From an uncultured Chthoniobacter sp. (GTDB lineage: Bacteria; Verrucomicrobiota; Verrucomicrobiia; Chthoniobacterales; Chthoniobacteraceae): a stretch of 61,538 nt of DNA. Of this stretch, positions 1-6,868 are shown one piece after another (position 1 is the stretch's first letter; every line of letters begins with the position of its first letter). The DNA is taken from contig CAYQBV010000001.1 in the NCBI GenBank assembly GCA_964415705.1, positions 1 through 61,538 on the forward strand. The letters run 5' to 3'. The notes beneath the pieces are model-generated. The model worked only from the letters and a program-made list of their open reading frames with translations, did not search any database and had not been told where the DNA came from. Made by a program: the position numbers and the translations under genes.

Positions 1-54
1 GCGCCTTCGTGCAGCGGTCGGTCACGCTTTCCGGCATCGGGTTCGGCTTGTGCC
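1..54 (+). repeat. Terminal direct repeat (assembly overlap of a circular contig), copy 1
   Basis: Bases 1-54 are identical to 61485-61538, and one methyltransferase ORF reads in frame across the junction. Confidence 0.97.
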
Positions 55-505
55 AGATGATGTCCTGGCGCAGATACCAGCCGTCTGCGCGCAGGGCGAA
101 GGCGACCATCCACGGGATGCCGATCAGGTCCTTGGGTTTGATGCCGGGCATGTCTGGGCGGCGCTGCCTTACCGCGCCCCACGATGGCACGCTGCCGTCA
201 TCCGCTACGGTCTGCTTGCCGGTGTTGCCGTTCTTGCCGCCGCCCCATTTGTCAGTGCTGCAAAAACTATCTCCTAGGTTCAGCCACAGCGTCCCGTCGT
301 CAGCCAGCACCCGCCGCACCTCCCGGAACACGTCAACCAGCGCGGCAACGTAGGCGTCTGGCGTCGGCTCCAACCCGATCTGCCCCGCGTGCCCGTAGTC
401 GCGAAGGCCGAAGTACGGCGGCGACGTAACGCAGCATTGCACGCTGCCGTCCGGCAGTTCGGCCATGCGGGCGCGCGTGTCGCCGACCAAAATGCTCGCG
501 TTCAC
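1..505 (-). CDS. N4-cytosine/N6-adenine DNA methyltransferase (beta class), N-terminal part; continues at 61484-61015; about 324 aa in total
   Basis: GTG at 505 gives MNASILVGD...VQCCVTSPPYFGLRDY...WLNLGDS...DGWYLRQDIIWHKPNPMPES. The catalytic SPPY motif is here and the SAM motif DPFAGSGT is in the second part. Confidence 0.93.
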   Translation of the reverse strand, partial: MNASILVGDTRARMAELPDGSVQCCVTSPPYFGLRDYGHAGQIGLEPTPDAYVAALVDVFREVRRVLADDGTLWLNLGDSFCSTDKWGGGKNGNTGKQTVADDGSVPSWGAVRQRRPDMPGIKPKDLIGIPWMVAFALRADGWYLRQDIIWHKPNPMPESVTDRCTKA

Positions 506-1113
506 AGCAAATCCCCCTGTTCACGCAGCGCCGGGACGCCGGTCAGCAGGGGCGCAACCCAGACCGGAGCCTGCGGATGCCCAGCCGCCCGCCGCGCAAT
601 CTCCGCCACCACCCGGTCGCGGTCGTCGCCCCAGACCACGAGCGCCGACGTGAACACGCCGCACGCCTTGCCCTTGCCGGCCACGGTGTCGAACGCCACG
701 CGGCCCCGGATGAAGCCGACGGCGGCGGACGGCCAGATGTGCCGGTGCCAGTATTGCTCGCCGGGCTTGGCCGGGATGAGCGCGACGACGGGAACTGCGC
801 CAGCTTGCGACTCGGCACGTTCGACCCACGCGGCGCAGTCGGAATACGGCGGATTGCTGAATGCGATCGCGCTGTTGAAGTAGTCTGGCGGCAGCGTCCA
901 CGGCAGCGTCAAGCCGTCCTCGCCGCGGCGGAGGTCGAAGCGGGCGCCGTAGTCGGCCACGTTGGACCTCGGGTGCCAGGCCGGGTCGAGCCCGATCGGC
1001 GGCAGCCAGTCGATGATGAACTGCGGCGTGAACCAGTCGTCCTCGTCTGCCGTCGGCGTCGGCAGCCTCGGCACAGCCTCCAGGCCGGGAAGGTGCGGTG
1101 TGGTGGCGGTCAT
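502..1113 (-). CDS. Phage N6-adenine DNA methyltransferase (Dam-like phage family)
   Basis: Start MTATTP at 1113; motifs DDWFTP, GLDPA, DGL..PW, FSNPPYS, FIRGRVAF; stop overlaps the next start (GTGA). Confidence 0.88.
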   Translation of the reverse strand: MTATTPHLPGLEAVPRLPTPTADEDDWFTPQFIIDWLPPIGLDPAWHPRSNVADYGARFDLRRGEDGLTLPWTLPPDYFNSAIAFSNPPYSDCAAWVERAESQAGAVPVVALIPAKPGEQYWHRHIWPSAAVGFIRGRVAFDTVAGKGKACGVFTSALVVWGDDRDRVVAEIARRAAGHPQAPVWVAPLLTGVPALREQGDLL

Positions 1114-1189
1114 GCTGGCTTCCTCACGGCGCGGTGCCAGTGTTGCAGGTTGGCGTCGTCGGCTGCGGTCCAGGGTCTGCCGGTCACGC

Positions 1190-1882
1190 TCACCACCCCG
1201 CCGTCGGCAACGCCAAGTAGACCTGAGCTTGCTGGCGTATCTCGTTACTGGCCGAGGCCATGCGTTCGGTGTCCAGTGACACGCGGCAGAACCACCGCCA
1301 GCCGCTTCCGGTCGTCGCCGTCGCGGTGTGGAACGTTTGCCAGTCGAACGCCAAGACACGGCCGGAGGGTGCCAGCACGCGCGACAAGGATCCCGCCGCA
1401 ATCAGGCGGTCAACCTCATGTGTCCAGACGCCATAGATAATCTCACCGTCCGCGACGGCAGGCATGGTGCAAGCCCCGACGGCAAAGGCGGTTGGGCAAA
1501 TGCCACCGTTCACGAGCCCCATGACGTGCCTCGCCCGATAGCGCGGGGCGTTGTAGTCGGGCTGCCCAGCCGTGGCGAAGTGCTGGCCGGTGGGAATGGG
1601 CGGCCGTGGCACGTCGTCATGGTGCCAGCCAGGGATCGCGGGGAACCATCCCTGCATCAGCATGTGGACGCGGGAGTCCAGCACGCCATTGCGCCACTCG
1701 CCCGGCAGCGCGTCGACGAATGCTCGCGTGATCGGGCCGCCGTTGTCGCGCGCCCAAGCCGCGTTGGCGTTGAAGAACATCGGCTCGTTCTTGAGCGCAT
1801 CCTGCGACCAGTTGGCGTTGAAGGCGCCGATGTCTTGGAAACGTGAGTCGAAGTGTTGGACACCGCAAAGCAACTTCGTCAC
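1190..1882 (-). CDS. 2OG-Fe(II) dioxygenase-like protein (in-frame extension to 2086 discussed in findings)
   Basis: DSRVHMLMQGWFPAIPGWHHDDVPR contains an HxD motif; distal FHTAT...WRWFCRV gives the His and Arg typical of the DSBH fold. Confidence 0.65.
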   Translation of the reverse strand: MTKLLCGVQHFDSRFQDIGAFNANWSQDALKNEPMFFNANAAWARDNGGPITRAFVDALPGEWRNGVLDSRVHMLMQGWFPAIPGWHHDDVPRPPIPTGQHFATAGQPDYNAPRYRARHVMGLVNGGICPTAFAVGACTMPAVADGEIIYGVWTHEVDRLIAAGSLSRVLAPSGRVLAFDWQTFHTATATTGSGWRWFCRVSLDTERMASASNEIRQQAQVYLALPTAGW

Positions 1883-1912
1883 GACGCCCACCCCGCGTAC
1901 ACCGCCCGCTGC

Positions 1913-1944
1913 CGCCACAGCCGGTCGACGCCACAGCCGGTCGA
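1913..1944 (+). repeat. Perfect 16-bp tandem duplication (CGCCACAGCCGGTCGA x2)
   Basis: Read directly from the sequence. Confidence 0.95.
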
Positions 1945-2095
1945 CGTCCCCGCCGCAGCGCAACAGCAACCGCTCCAGGCGACGCCGACGCCGACGCCGG
2001 GCGAGGCCGGCACGACTGCGCTTGCGGTCCTGCCAGTCGCGGGATTGACGCTGCCGGTTTACCTGTCCAGAGTCCAGCGCCATCATCCCCTCCCG

Positions 2096-2275
2096 TCTCA
2101 GCCCGCGACCCCAACCGACGCCACCGTTGACGCCGGCCGAGGTCGCTTGTGGGCGGGGTGCCCGCTGAGAAACCCCGATCGAAGACGCTCGCGCACGGCC
2201 GACAACTGCCGGCGGGGCGGAGATACCTCACGCCAGCAGCGACGGGGTTTGTGCCGTCACCGTGCGCGAACGTCT
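2096..2275 (-). ncRNA. Highly structured intergenic RNA: pseudoknot followed by a 19-bp hairpin domain; family unknown
   Basis: Stems 2275-2260/2198-2183 and 2239-2231/2214-2206; pseudoknot 2250-2243/2177-2170; hairpin 2146-2128/2123-2105 with five G-U pairs that form only on the minus strand. Confidence 0.65.
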
Positions 2276-2334
2276 GGCTCCACGGGCGGGAATCGAACCC
2301 GCCTGACCGCCGACGCCGTAGCGCGGGCCGTGGA
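2275..2334 (-). ncRNA. Mini tRNA-like element (acceptor stem, one UACG hairpin, T-arm, G-CCA)
   Basis: TCCACGG..ccgcgc-TACG-gcgtcgg..GCGGG-TTCGATT-CCCGC-CCGTGGA-G-CCA; 60 nt. Confidence 0.75.
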
Positions 2335-2345
2335 GTGTTGGGAGG

Positions 2346-2717
2346 CTACTGCGCCGGCTCGAACGGGTCCACGCGCGACGCCTCCGGGATGCCGCACACC
2401 TTGCGCGCGAACGCGCCCATGTCCAGCGGGTCGAACGGCGGCGAGACCGGCTTGCTGGCCAGCGCCGCGAGCAACTGCGGGAACGCCACGGCCAGCGCGT
2501 CCGCGATCCGATCCGCCTCGTCGTCGCCGCCGTCGATGATGATGGTCGCCGTGGCGTAGAGCTTGCCGCTCCCCATGACGTTGATGTGGCGGTAGCCGGG
2601 GCGGTCCTCCTTGCCGTCGACCTCGAACTTCACGATCCGGGCATCGCCCCGCAACCGCTGCCACTGGTCGCTGTGCTTGTCGCTGCTAGAACGCCGCCAC
2701 TGGTATTCCTTCGCCAT
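2346..2717 (-). CDS. Hypothetical protein
   Basis: Strong SD (GGAGGAG) before ATG; protein-like composition. Confidence 0.75.
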   Translation of the reverse strand: MAKEYQWRRSSSDKHSDQWQRLRGDARIVKFEVDGKEDRPGYRHINVMGSGKLYATATIIIDGGDDEADRIADALAVAFPQLLAALASKPVSPPFDPLDMGAFARKVCGIPEASRVDPFEPAQ

Positions 2718-2731
2718 TGTCTCCTCCCTCT

Positions 2732-2747
2732 GCCCCTGTCGCGGGGC
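2732..2747 (-). promoter_or_regulatory. NCGACA-loop hairpin 14 nt upstream of the start codon (copy 1)
   Basis: GCCCC-GCGACA-GGGGC then AGAGGGAGGAGACA-ATG. Confidence 0.65.
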
Positions 2748-2754
2748 GGTTGTT

Positions 2755-3303
2755 TCAGACTTTCGCGATGCCCTCGTAGCCGGGTTCAATGACGCCACCC
2801 GTGGCCGTCAGCGACGGCGCCCACCCGGAACCGCGCACGAACGATTCCGCCGCCCGCCGCGACCACGGCGGATCCCACGGGCGCCCGTCCGACGTCTGCG
2901 TGCCGCTCAGGCACAAGTGCTCGATCAGATCGTCCGGCGTGGCAAACGCGGGCGTGACCGGAGTCCCCTCGCTGACGGTCTCGTAGACCTGGAACCACGT
3001 CGCCGGCTCCGTGAAGTCGGGCATGTAGAACTCGGGGGTCGGGCGCTCGCCGCCCCACTCCTCATACGTTGCGCACGCTTCCTTTCCGTCGCGCGGCTTC
3101 CATGCCCTGCGGTCGCCGTGGTAGCCCTCTGCGTCGACGTTGGCAGACCAGTCGCGTTTGAGGCCCTCCGACCACTTCGATGCCGCATCGTCCCATTCAG
3201 CCGCAGCGACCGAAAACGATCGATCGTGCAGCGGCCGGAAGTGGCCGCGGTGATCCCGTGGATGCTGCCAGTTCGCCGGCACTCGCCGCAGTTCACGTCC
3301 CAT
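2755..3303 (-). CDS. Phage hypothetical protein
   Basis: SD GAGGAG; MGRELRRVPANWQHP...FQVYETVSEGTPVTPAF reads like a phage-type protein; function unknown. Confidence 0.85.
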   Translation of the reverse strand: MGRELRRVPANWQHPRDHRGHFRPLHDRSFSVAAAEWDDAASKWSEGLKRDWSANVDAEGYHGDRRAWKPRDGKEACATYEEWGGERPTPEFYMPDFTEPATWFQVYETVSEGTPVTPAFATPDDLIEHLCLSGTQTSDGRPWDPPWSRRAAESFVRGSGWAPSLTATGGVIEPGYEGIAKV

Positions 3304-3361
3304 TTCCCTCTCCTCTGCGGCAGTCAGCCGCGTTGCGTCGTGCAGGCACCCGCCCGCACCC

Positions 3362-3538
3362 TCAGTCGTTCAGCCGCGCTGTCGCCAGCCGTTCCGCTTC
3401 GGCGTCGTCGCGCTCCTCGCGTCGCAGCCGTTCCGCCTCACGGTCCGCATCGAGGCACGCCCGGCACGAGTAGCGCATCGGCAACGCTGCCTCGCCGCAT
3501 TCGCATTGACCTTCGCTGTCGTCGTCGTCGTAGCTCAT
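3362..3538 (-). CDS. Small Cys-containing hypothetical protein
   Basis: CEC and CRAC motifs; ATGA overlap with the upstream gene. Confidence 0.6.
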   Translation of the reverse strand: MSYDDDDSEGQCECGEAALPMRYSCRACLDADREAERLRREERDDAEAERLATARLND

Positions 3539-3732
3539 CCTCGCCCCCTTGCTTCCGCCCGCTCGTCCTTGTCCCGGTCCCGCTCCACGTCGCCGCGCAG
3601 TTCCTCCGCCTCGTCCGCGCACTGGCAGCGGTGGCGCTCGCTCGCGTTGTCGTGCCGCGGCGAGTAGCACCGCTCCGGGTTCGGGCAGTAGTACCAGCCG
3701 CTTCCGCCGCAGTCGGGGCAGGTTGCGCTCAC
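3535..3732 (-). CDS. Small zinc-finger-like protein
   Basis: CPDCGGSG motif; GTGA coupling. Confidence 0.6.
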   Translation of the reverse strand: MSATCPDCGGSGWYYCPNPERCYSPRHDNASERHRCQCADEAEELRGDVERDRDKDERAEARGRG

Positions 3733-4007
3733 GCCACACCCCCAGCCGCCACCATCGCCAGCGGCCGACGCGCAAACGCCATCGTCGTCGCCTCCGCCCA
3801 CCGGCGCCGGAGGTCCAGCGCGGCTTCCACGTCAGGCCACTGCCTCCGCCGCGCAGGTGCCAGCTCCAGCCATTCCGACCACTGCCACGCCGCCGTTGCA
3901 GCCTCATTTGCCAGCATCGGCCCGAGGTCGCGCAGGGCGGCGTGCAGCACCACGCGGCGGGCTTCGTCGTGCGGGATCGGGATCACGGTGCAGGCATCAG
4001 GCGTCAC
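3729..4007 (-). CDS. Hypothetical protein
   Basis: GTGA start/stop coupling on both sides. Confidence 0.6.
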   Translation of the reverse strand: MTPDACTVIPIPHDEARRVVLHAALRDLGPMLANEAATAAWQWSEWLELAPARRRQWPDVEAALDLRRRWAEATTMAFARRPLAMVAAGGVA

Positions 4008-4255
4008 GACACCCCCCGCACGTCCGCCGGAGCCTCGGGCAGCCGCCACTCCCCGCGACCGTCCTTCTTGATGCGGAACGGCCACCCCAACGGCCGCAGC
4101 CGCCGCACCAGACTCCGCAGCGTGGCCGGCTTCATGTCCAGCAGGCGCGCGGCTTCGACGGTCGACAGGGTGTCGTCGTTCCAGACGGCGAGGATGCGGC
4201 GCACCGCGGCTTCGTCGTGGTGGCGGTAGATTCGTTTCGGGGTCTGAGTCTGCAT
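4004..4255 (-). CDS. HTH DNA-binding protein
   Basis: LSTVEAARLLDMKPATLRSLVRRLR helix-turn-helix pattern; SD GGAG. Confidence 0.7.
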   Translation of the reverse strand: MQTQTPKRIYRHHDEAAVRRILAVWNDDTLSTVEAARLLDMKPATLRSLVRRLRPLGWPFRIKKDGRGEWRLPEAPADVRGVS

Positions 4256-4264
4256 GGTGGTCTC

Positions 4265-4294
4265 CTGTTCCTGTTCCTGTTCCTGTTCCTGTTC
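4265..4294 (+). repeat. (CTGTTC)5 microsatellite in the 5' UTR of the HTH gene
   Basis: Five perfect hexamers read directly. Confidence 0.95.
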
Positions 4295-4319
4295 TACCAC
4301 GGCGCGTGCAGCGTGTCAA
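4291..4319 (-). promoter_or_regulatory. sigma70-type promoter
   Basis: TTGACA-17 nt-TAGAAC. Confidence 0.65.
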
Positions 4320-4333
4320 CTGTTGCGGAGGCC

Positions 4334-4660
4334 CTACAGCAAAACCCCCTGCCGCGACGGCGACCAGCCAGGCTTGACCGGGCGCGGCTCCGGCGCGGTC
4401 AGCGTCAGCACCGGCCCGACCGTCACCAGCACGGGCGACGGTGGCACCACACCTTCCGGCAGCGCGAACAGGCCGCCAGGCAGCCGCCGGAGCTTGCGAG
4501 CCAGCGTCAGGTCGAGGCACGCGCGGTGGACTGCGCCCCTGGCGTCGCGGCCGTCCAAGGGCAGGCACGACGGCGGGAGGTGACACGTCAGCGTCTCCGG
4601 GTGCAGGCCGCCCGGGTGGTCTCGCAGCAGGGCGAGGATCGTGGTGTGCAGGTCAAACAT
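4334..4660 (-). CDS. Hypothetical protein, possibly winged-helix
   Basis: SD GGGAG; ILALLRDHPGGL...LRRLPGGLFAL. Confidence 0.65.
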   Translation of the reverse strand: MFDLHTTILALLRDHPGGLHPETLTCHLPPSCLPLDGRDARGAVHRACLDLTLARKLRRLPGGLFALPEGVVPPSPVLVTVGPVLTLTAPEPRPVKPGWSPSRQGVLL

Positions 4661-5282
4661 GGCGGTCTCCCGTGGTGGTGCCCATCCGGCACCGTCTGGC
4701 CACCTCGACCAGCCACGAGGCGAACGCGGGCGGCGTCAGGTGGCGTTGCGTCTTGCTCAGGCATTCGAGCACGCCCCTCGTTCCGCGCGGCCGGTCGCTG
4801 TCCAGCCGCGACGGGTCCAGCACGCGCCGGCTTGGCGTCCAGGCTTCGCGCGGCGGCATCGGCTCCGGCATCGTGGGCAACGCCGCCATCGGGCAGCCGA
4901 CGACGTAGAGCCACGTCACCTTGTCGGCGCGGTGGCCCCAATCCCGTTGCGCCACCTCGATGCTGTAGCCGCCGTGTGCGTCCGGCAACTCGCCCGGTCG
5001 CGGCAACCCGCACTCCCGCCAGAGCTTCGAGTCGCGGGGATGCTCCAACACGCCGCCCCATCGCCGGACCTGGGCGACCGCAATCGGCCCCGTGTGGCCG
5101 TCGTCGTGCGCCTTGTGGCTGTACCTGCCCCAGTGGCCACAGGGCGGATGCGCCACCACTGGCCACGGTCCCGCGTAGGTGGTCGCGTCCCGCCCCGGCA
5201 ACGCCCACACCTCGACGTCGGGCAGCGCCGGATACGGCCCGCGCTTGCCGTCACAGTACAGGGCAGCGACCGTCCGGCTCAT
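4653..5282 (-). CDS. Compact DNA cytosine-C5 methyltransferase-like protein
   Basis: AHPPC (motif IV), LEHP (motif VI), Q..WGH...K.TWLY (motif VIII-like) and TPPAFA (motif X-like); motif I is degenerate. Confidence 0.7.
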   Translation of the reverse strand: MSRTVAALYCDGKRGPYPALPDVEVWALPGRDATTYAGPWPVVAHPPCGHWGRYSHKAHDDGHTGPIAVAQVRRWGGVLEHPRDSKLWRECGLPRPGELPDAHGGYSIEVAQRDWGHRADKVTWLYVVGCPMAALPTMPEPMPPREAWTPSRRVLDPSRLDSDRPRGTRGVLECLSKTQRHLTPPAFASWLVEVARRCRMGTTTGDRHV

Positions 5283-5500
5283 GGCACCACCTCCAGCGCC
5301 ACACACGGCGCCTCCAGGCCCCGATGCTCGCGCAGCCACCGCGACGGCGCCGCCTTCGCCTCCACCGCCGCAGCCGCGAGGTCCCACGCCAGCCTTGCGG
5401 CGAACTCCGCGGTCACGCGACCCGTTCCGAGCCTCACCCGTGCGTCCCGGCTCAATTCCACGCTTCCGCGGCCGTTGTGGCTCGCCAGCTTGTCTTGCAT
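5279..5500 (-). CDS. Hypothetical protein
   Basis: SD GGGGAG; ATGA overlap with the methyltransferase-like gene. Confidence 0.65.
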   Translation of the reverse strand: MQDKLASHNGRGSVELSRDARVRLGTGRVTAEFAARLAWDLAAAAVEAKAAPSRWLREHRGLEAPCVALEVVP

Positions 5501-5618
5501 GGTCTCCCCCGCCGGCCCTGCCCCGGCTCAGGCGCACGTGGCGCCGTGGTGGTGCATCCTGCACCGGCTCAGGGTCGCGAACCTCCGCGGCTCGCGCCCT
5601 GAACCGGGGCGTGGAGGG

Positions 5619-6482
5619 TTACGCCGCCAACTCGCTCATCTGCCGGTGGATCATGTCCTGCCACGAGTGATACCCGTAGGCGTCACCCTCACCCGGCCCC
5701 TTGCAGCCCAGCCGCCCCGCCTTGAAGTCGCCCGCGCTCGGTTCCGCCCCATCCGGCAGACCGTACCGATCCGCGATGGCCACGATGGCGCAGCGCACCA
5801 GGTCCTCGGACACCTCGCGCGAGGTGGTGACGTACTTCGCGCCGCCGAAGATGTCCGTCCACGGGTCGCGGCTCGACTCGTAGATGTCCTCCATGCTGTT
5901 GAAGATGCCTTCCGCGTACTTGTCCGCGATGGCCTCCACCTGCTTGACCGTCGGGCCGTCCTCCCAGCCCACGCGGATGCTGCACCCGCCGCTGTAGACC
6001 TCGCTCGTGACGCTGAACTTGACGCCAGGGAACGCCGCGCGCAGTTCCGTGCGGATGTTCTTCGCCCCGGTCACGCGCCCGTTGCCATCCAGGCTCGCCA
6101 GCCGCAAGTGCGGGTTGTCGCGCTTGATCCGTTCGATCGTGGCCTTGCGCTCCGCCGCCGCTTCTTCGGCCTTGCGCTTGTCGTCGGCGCGGCGGGTCTC
6201 CACGCCTTCGAGCGCCGCCCGGATGTTGTCCGCCGTCGCGATGCCGGGGTGCGGATACCACGAATCGGACCGGGCCAGCGCCTCCGGCAAAAGGTCCTTG
6301 GTTCCGTTGTCGTAGACGATGCTGAACTGTGCCCTGCCACCCATCATCACCACGCCGCCGCCGATGCTCCGCACGTTGCCCGGCGCTTGCTCGCCCTGGA
6401 TGGCGTAGATGATGCCGATCTTGGTTCCGTAGCGGCTTTCATGCCGCAGCCGACTCCCGATCTGGAACTGTTGTGTATTCAT
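5619..6482 (-). CDS. LPD29-domain (large polyvalent protein-associated) protein
   Basis: AKNIRTELRAAFPGVKFSVTS..YSGG.SIRV.W.DGP...FNSMEDIY matches the LPD29 signature as recalled. Confidence 0.75.
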   Translation of the reverse strand: MNTQQFQIGSRLRHESRYGTKIGIIYAIQGEQAPGNVRSIGGGVVMMGGRAQFSIVYDNGTKDLLPEALARSDSWYPHPGIATADNIRAALEGVETRRADDKRKAEEAAAERKATIERIKRDNPHLRLASLDGNGRVTGAKNIRTELRAAFPGVKFSVTSEVYSGGCSIRVGWEDGPTVKQVEAIADKYAEGIFNSMEDIYESSRDPWTDIFGGAKYVTTSREVSEDLVRCAIVAIADRYGLPDGAEPSAGDFKAGRLGCKGPGEGDAYGYHSWQDMIHRQMSELAA

Positions 6483-6496
6483 GGCCTTTCCCCTGT

Positions 6497-6512
6497 GGCG
6501 GTGTCGCCCGCC
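6497..6512 (-). promoter_or_regulatory. NCGACA-loop hairpin 14 nt upstream of the start codon (copy 2)
   Basis: GGCGG-GCGACA-CCGCC then ACAGGGGAAAGGCC-ATG. Confidence 0.65.
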
Positions 6513-6621
6513 GTCTCGCCGCCGTCCGCCGCGACCCACCCGGGCCGCGCTCCCCCTGCGCCAGCGTGAAGGCCGGCGGCGTGCAGGGGTCCGGGGTCGA
6601 CAGCCCCGGCGTCTCGCTAAC

Positions 6622-6858
6622 CTAGTCCCGACGCACCAGCACCAGACCGTAACTTTCCGCCAGCCGCCCCGAATGCTCCCGCGGCGCCAAGTCGACGCAT
6701 TCCAGCGCCGCCCCGACTTCGCGCGCGAACTGGCGAGCGTCCAGCCCGTCCAGCGTGCCCCGTTCCAGCCGCATCCAGGCTTCGACGTGTGCGGGGTCGA
6801 CGTCGCGCGCGCCCCAATCGCGCTCCAGAATCGCCTTGATCTGCTCCCTGTATCCCAT
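6622..6858 (-). CDS. Hypothetical protein
   Basis: SD AAGGAGG; DPAHVEAWMRLERGTLDGL. Confidence 0.75.
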   Translation of the reverse strand: MGYREQIKAILERDWGARDVDPAHVEAWMRLERGTLDGLDARQFAREVGAALECVDLAPREHSGRLAESYGLVLVRRD

Positions 6859-6868
6859 CACACCCTCC

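Noticed and set aside
1-54. Terminal repeat as a biological DTR or att site
   Set aside because: It falls inside an intact methyltransferase ORF, and 54 bp fits a k-mer overlap from circular assembly.
2170-2275. Theta/HDV-like, hammerhead, twister or pistol ribozyme
   Set aside because: No P1.1 GG, no 3-bp P3 with the typical L3, no J4/2 catalytic motif, and no other core consensus seen; kept only as an unclassified structure.
2096-2334. Canonical tRNA or tmRNA gene
   Set aside because: No anticodon or D arm. Both acceptor strands lie within 60 nt, so they do not enclose a tag ORF as in tmRNA.
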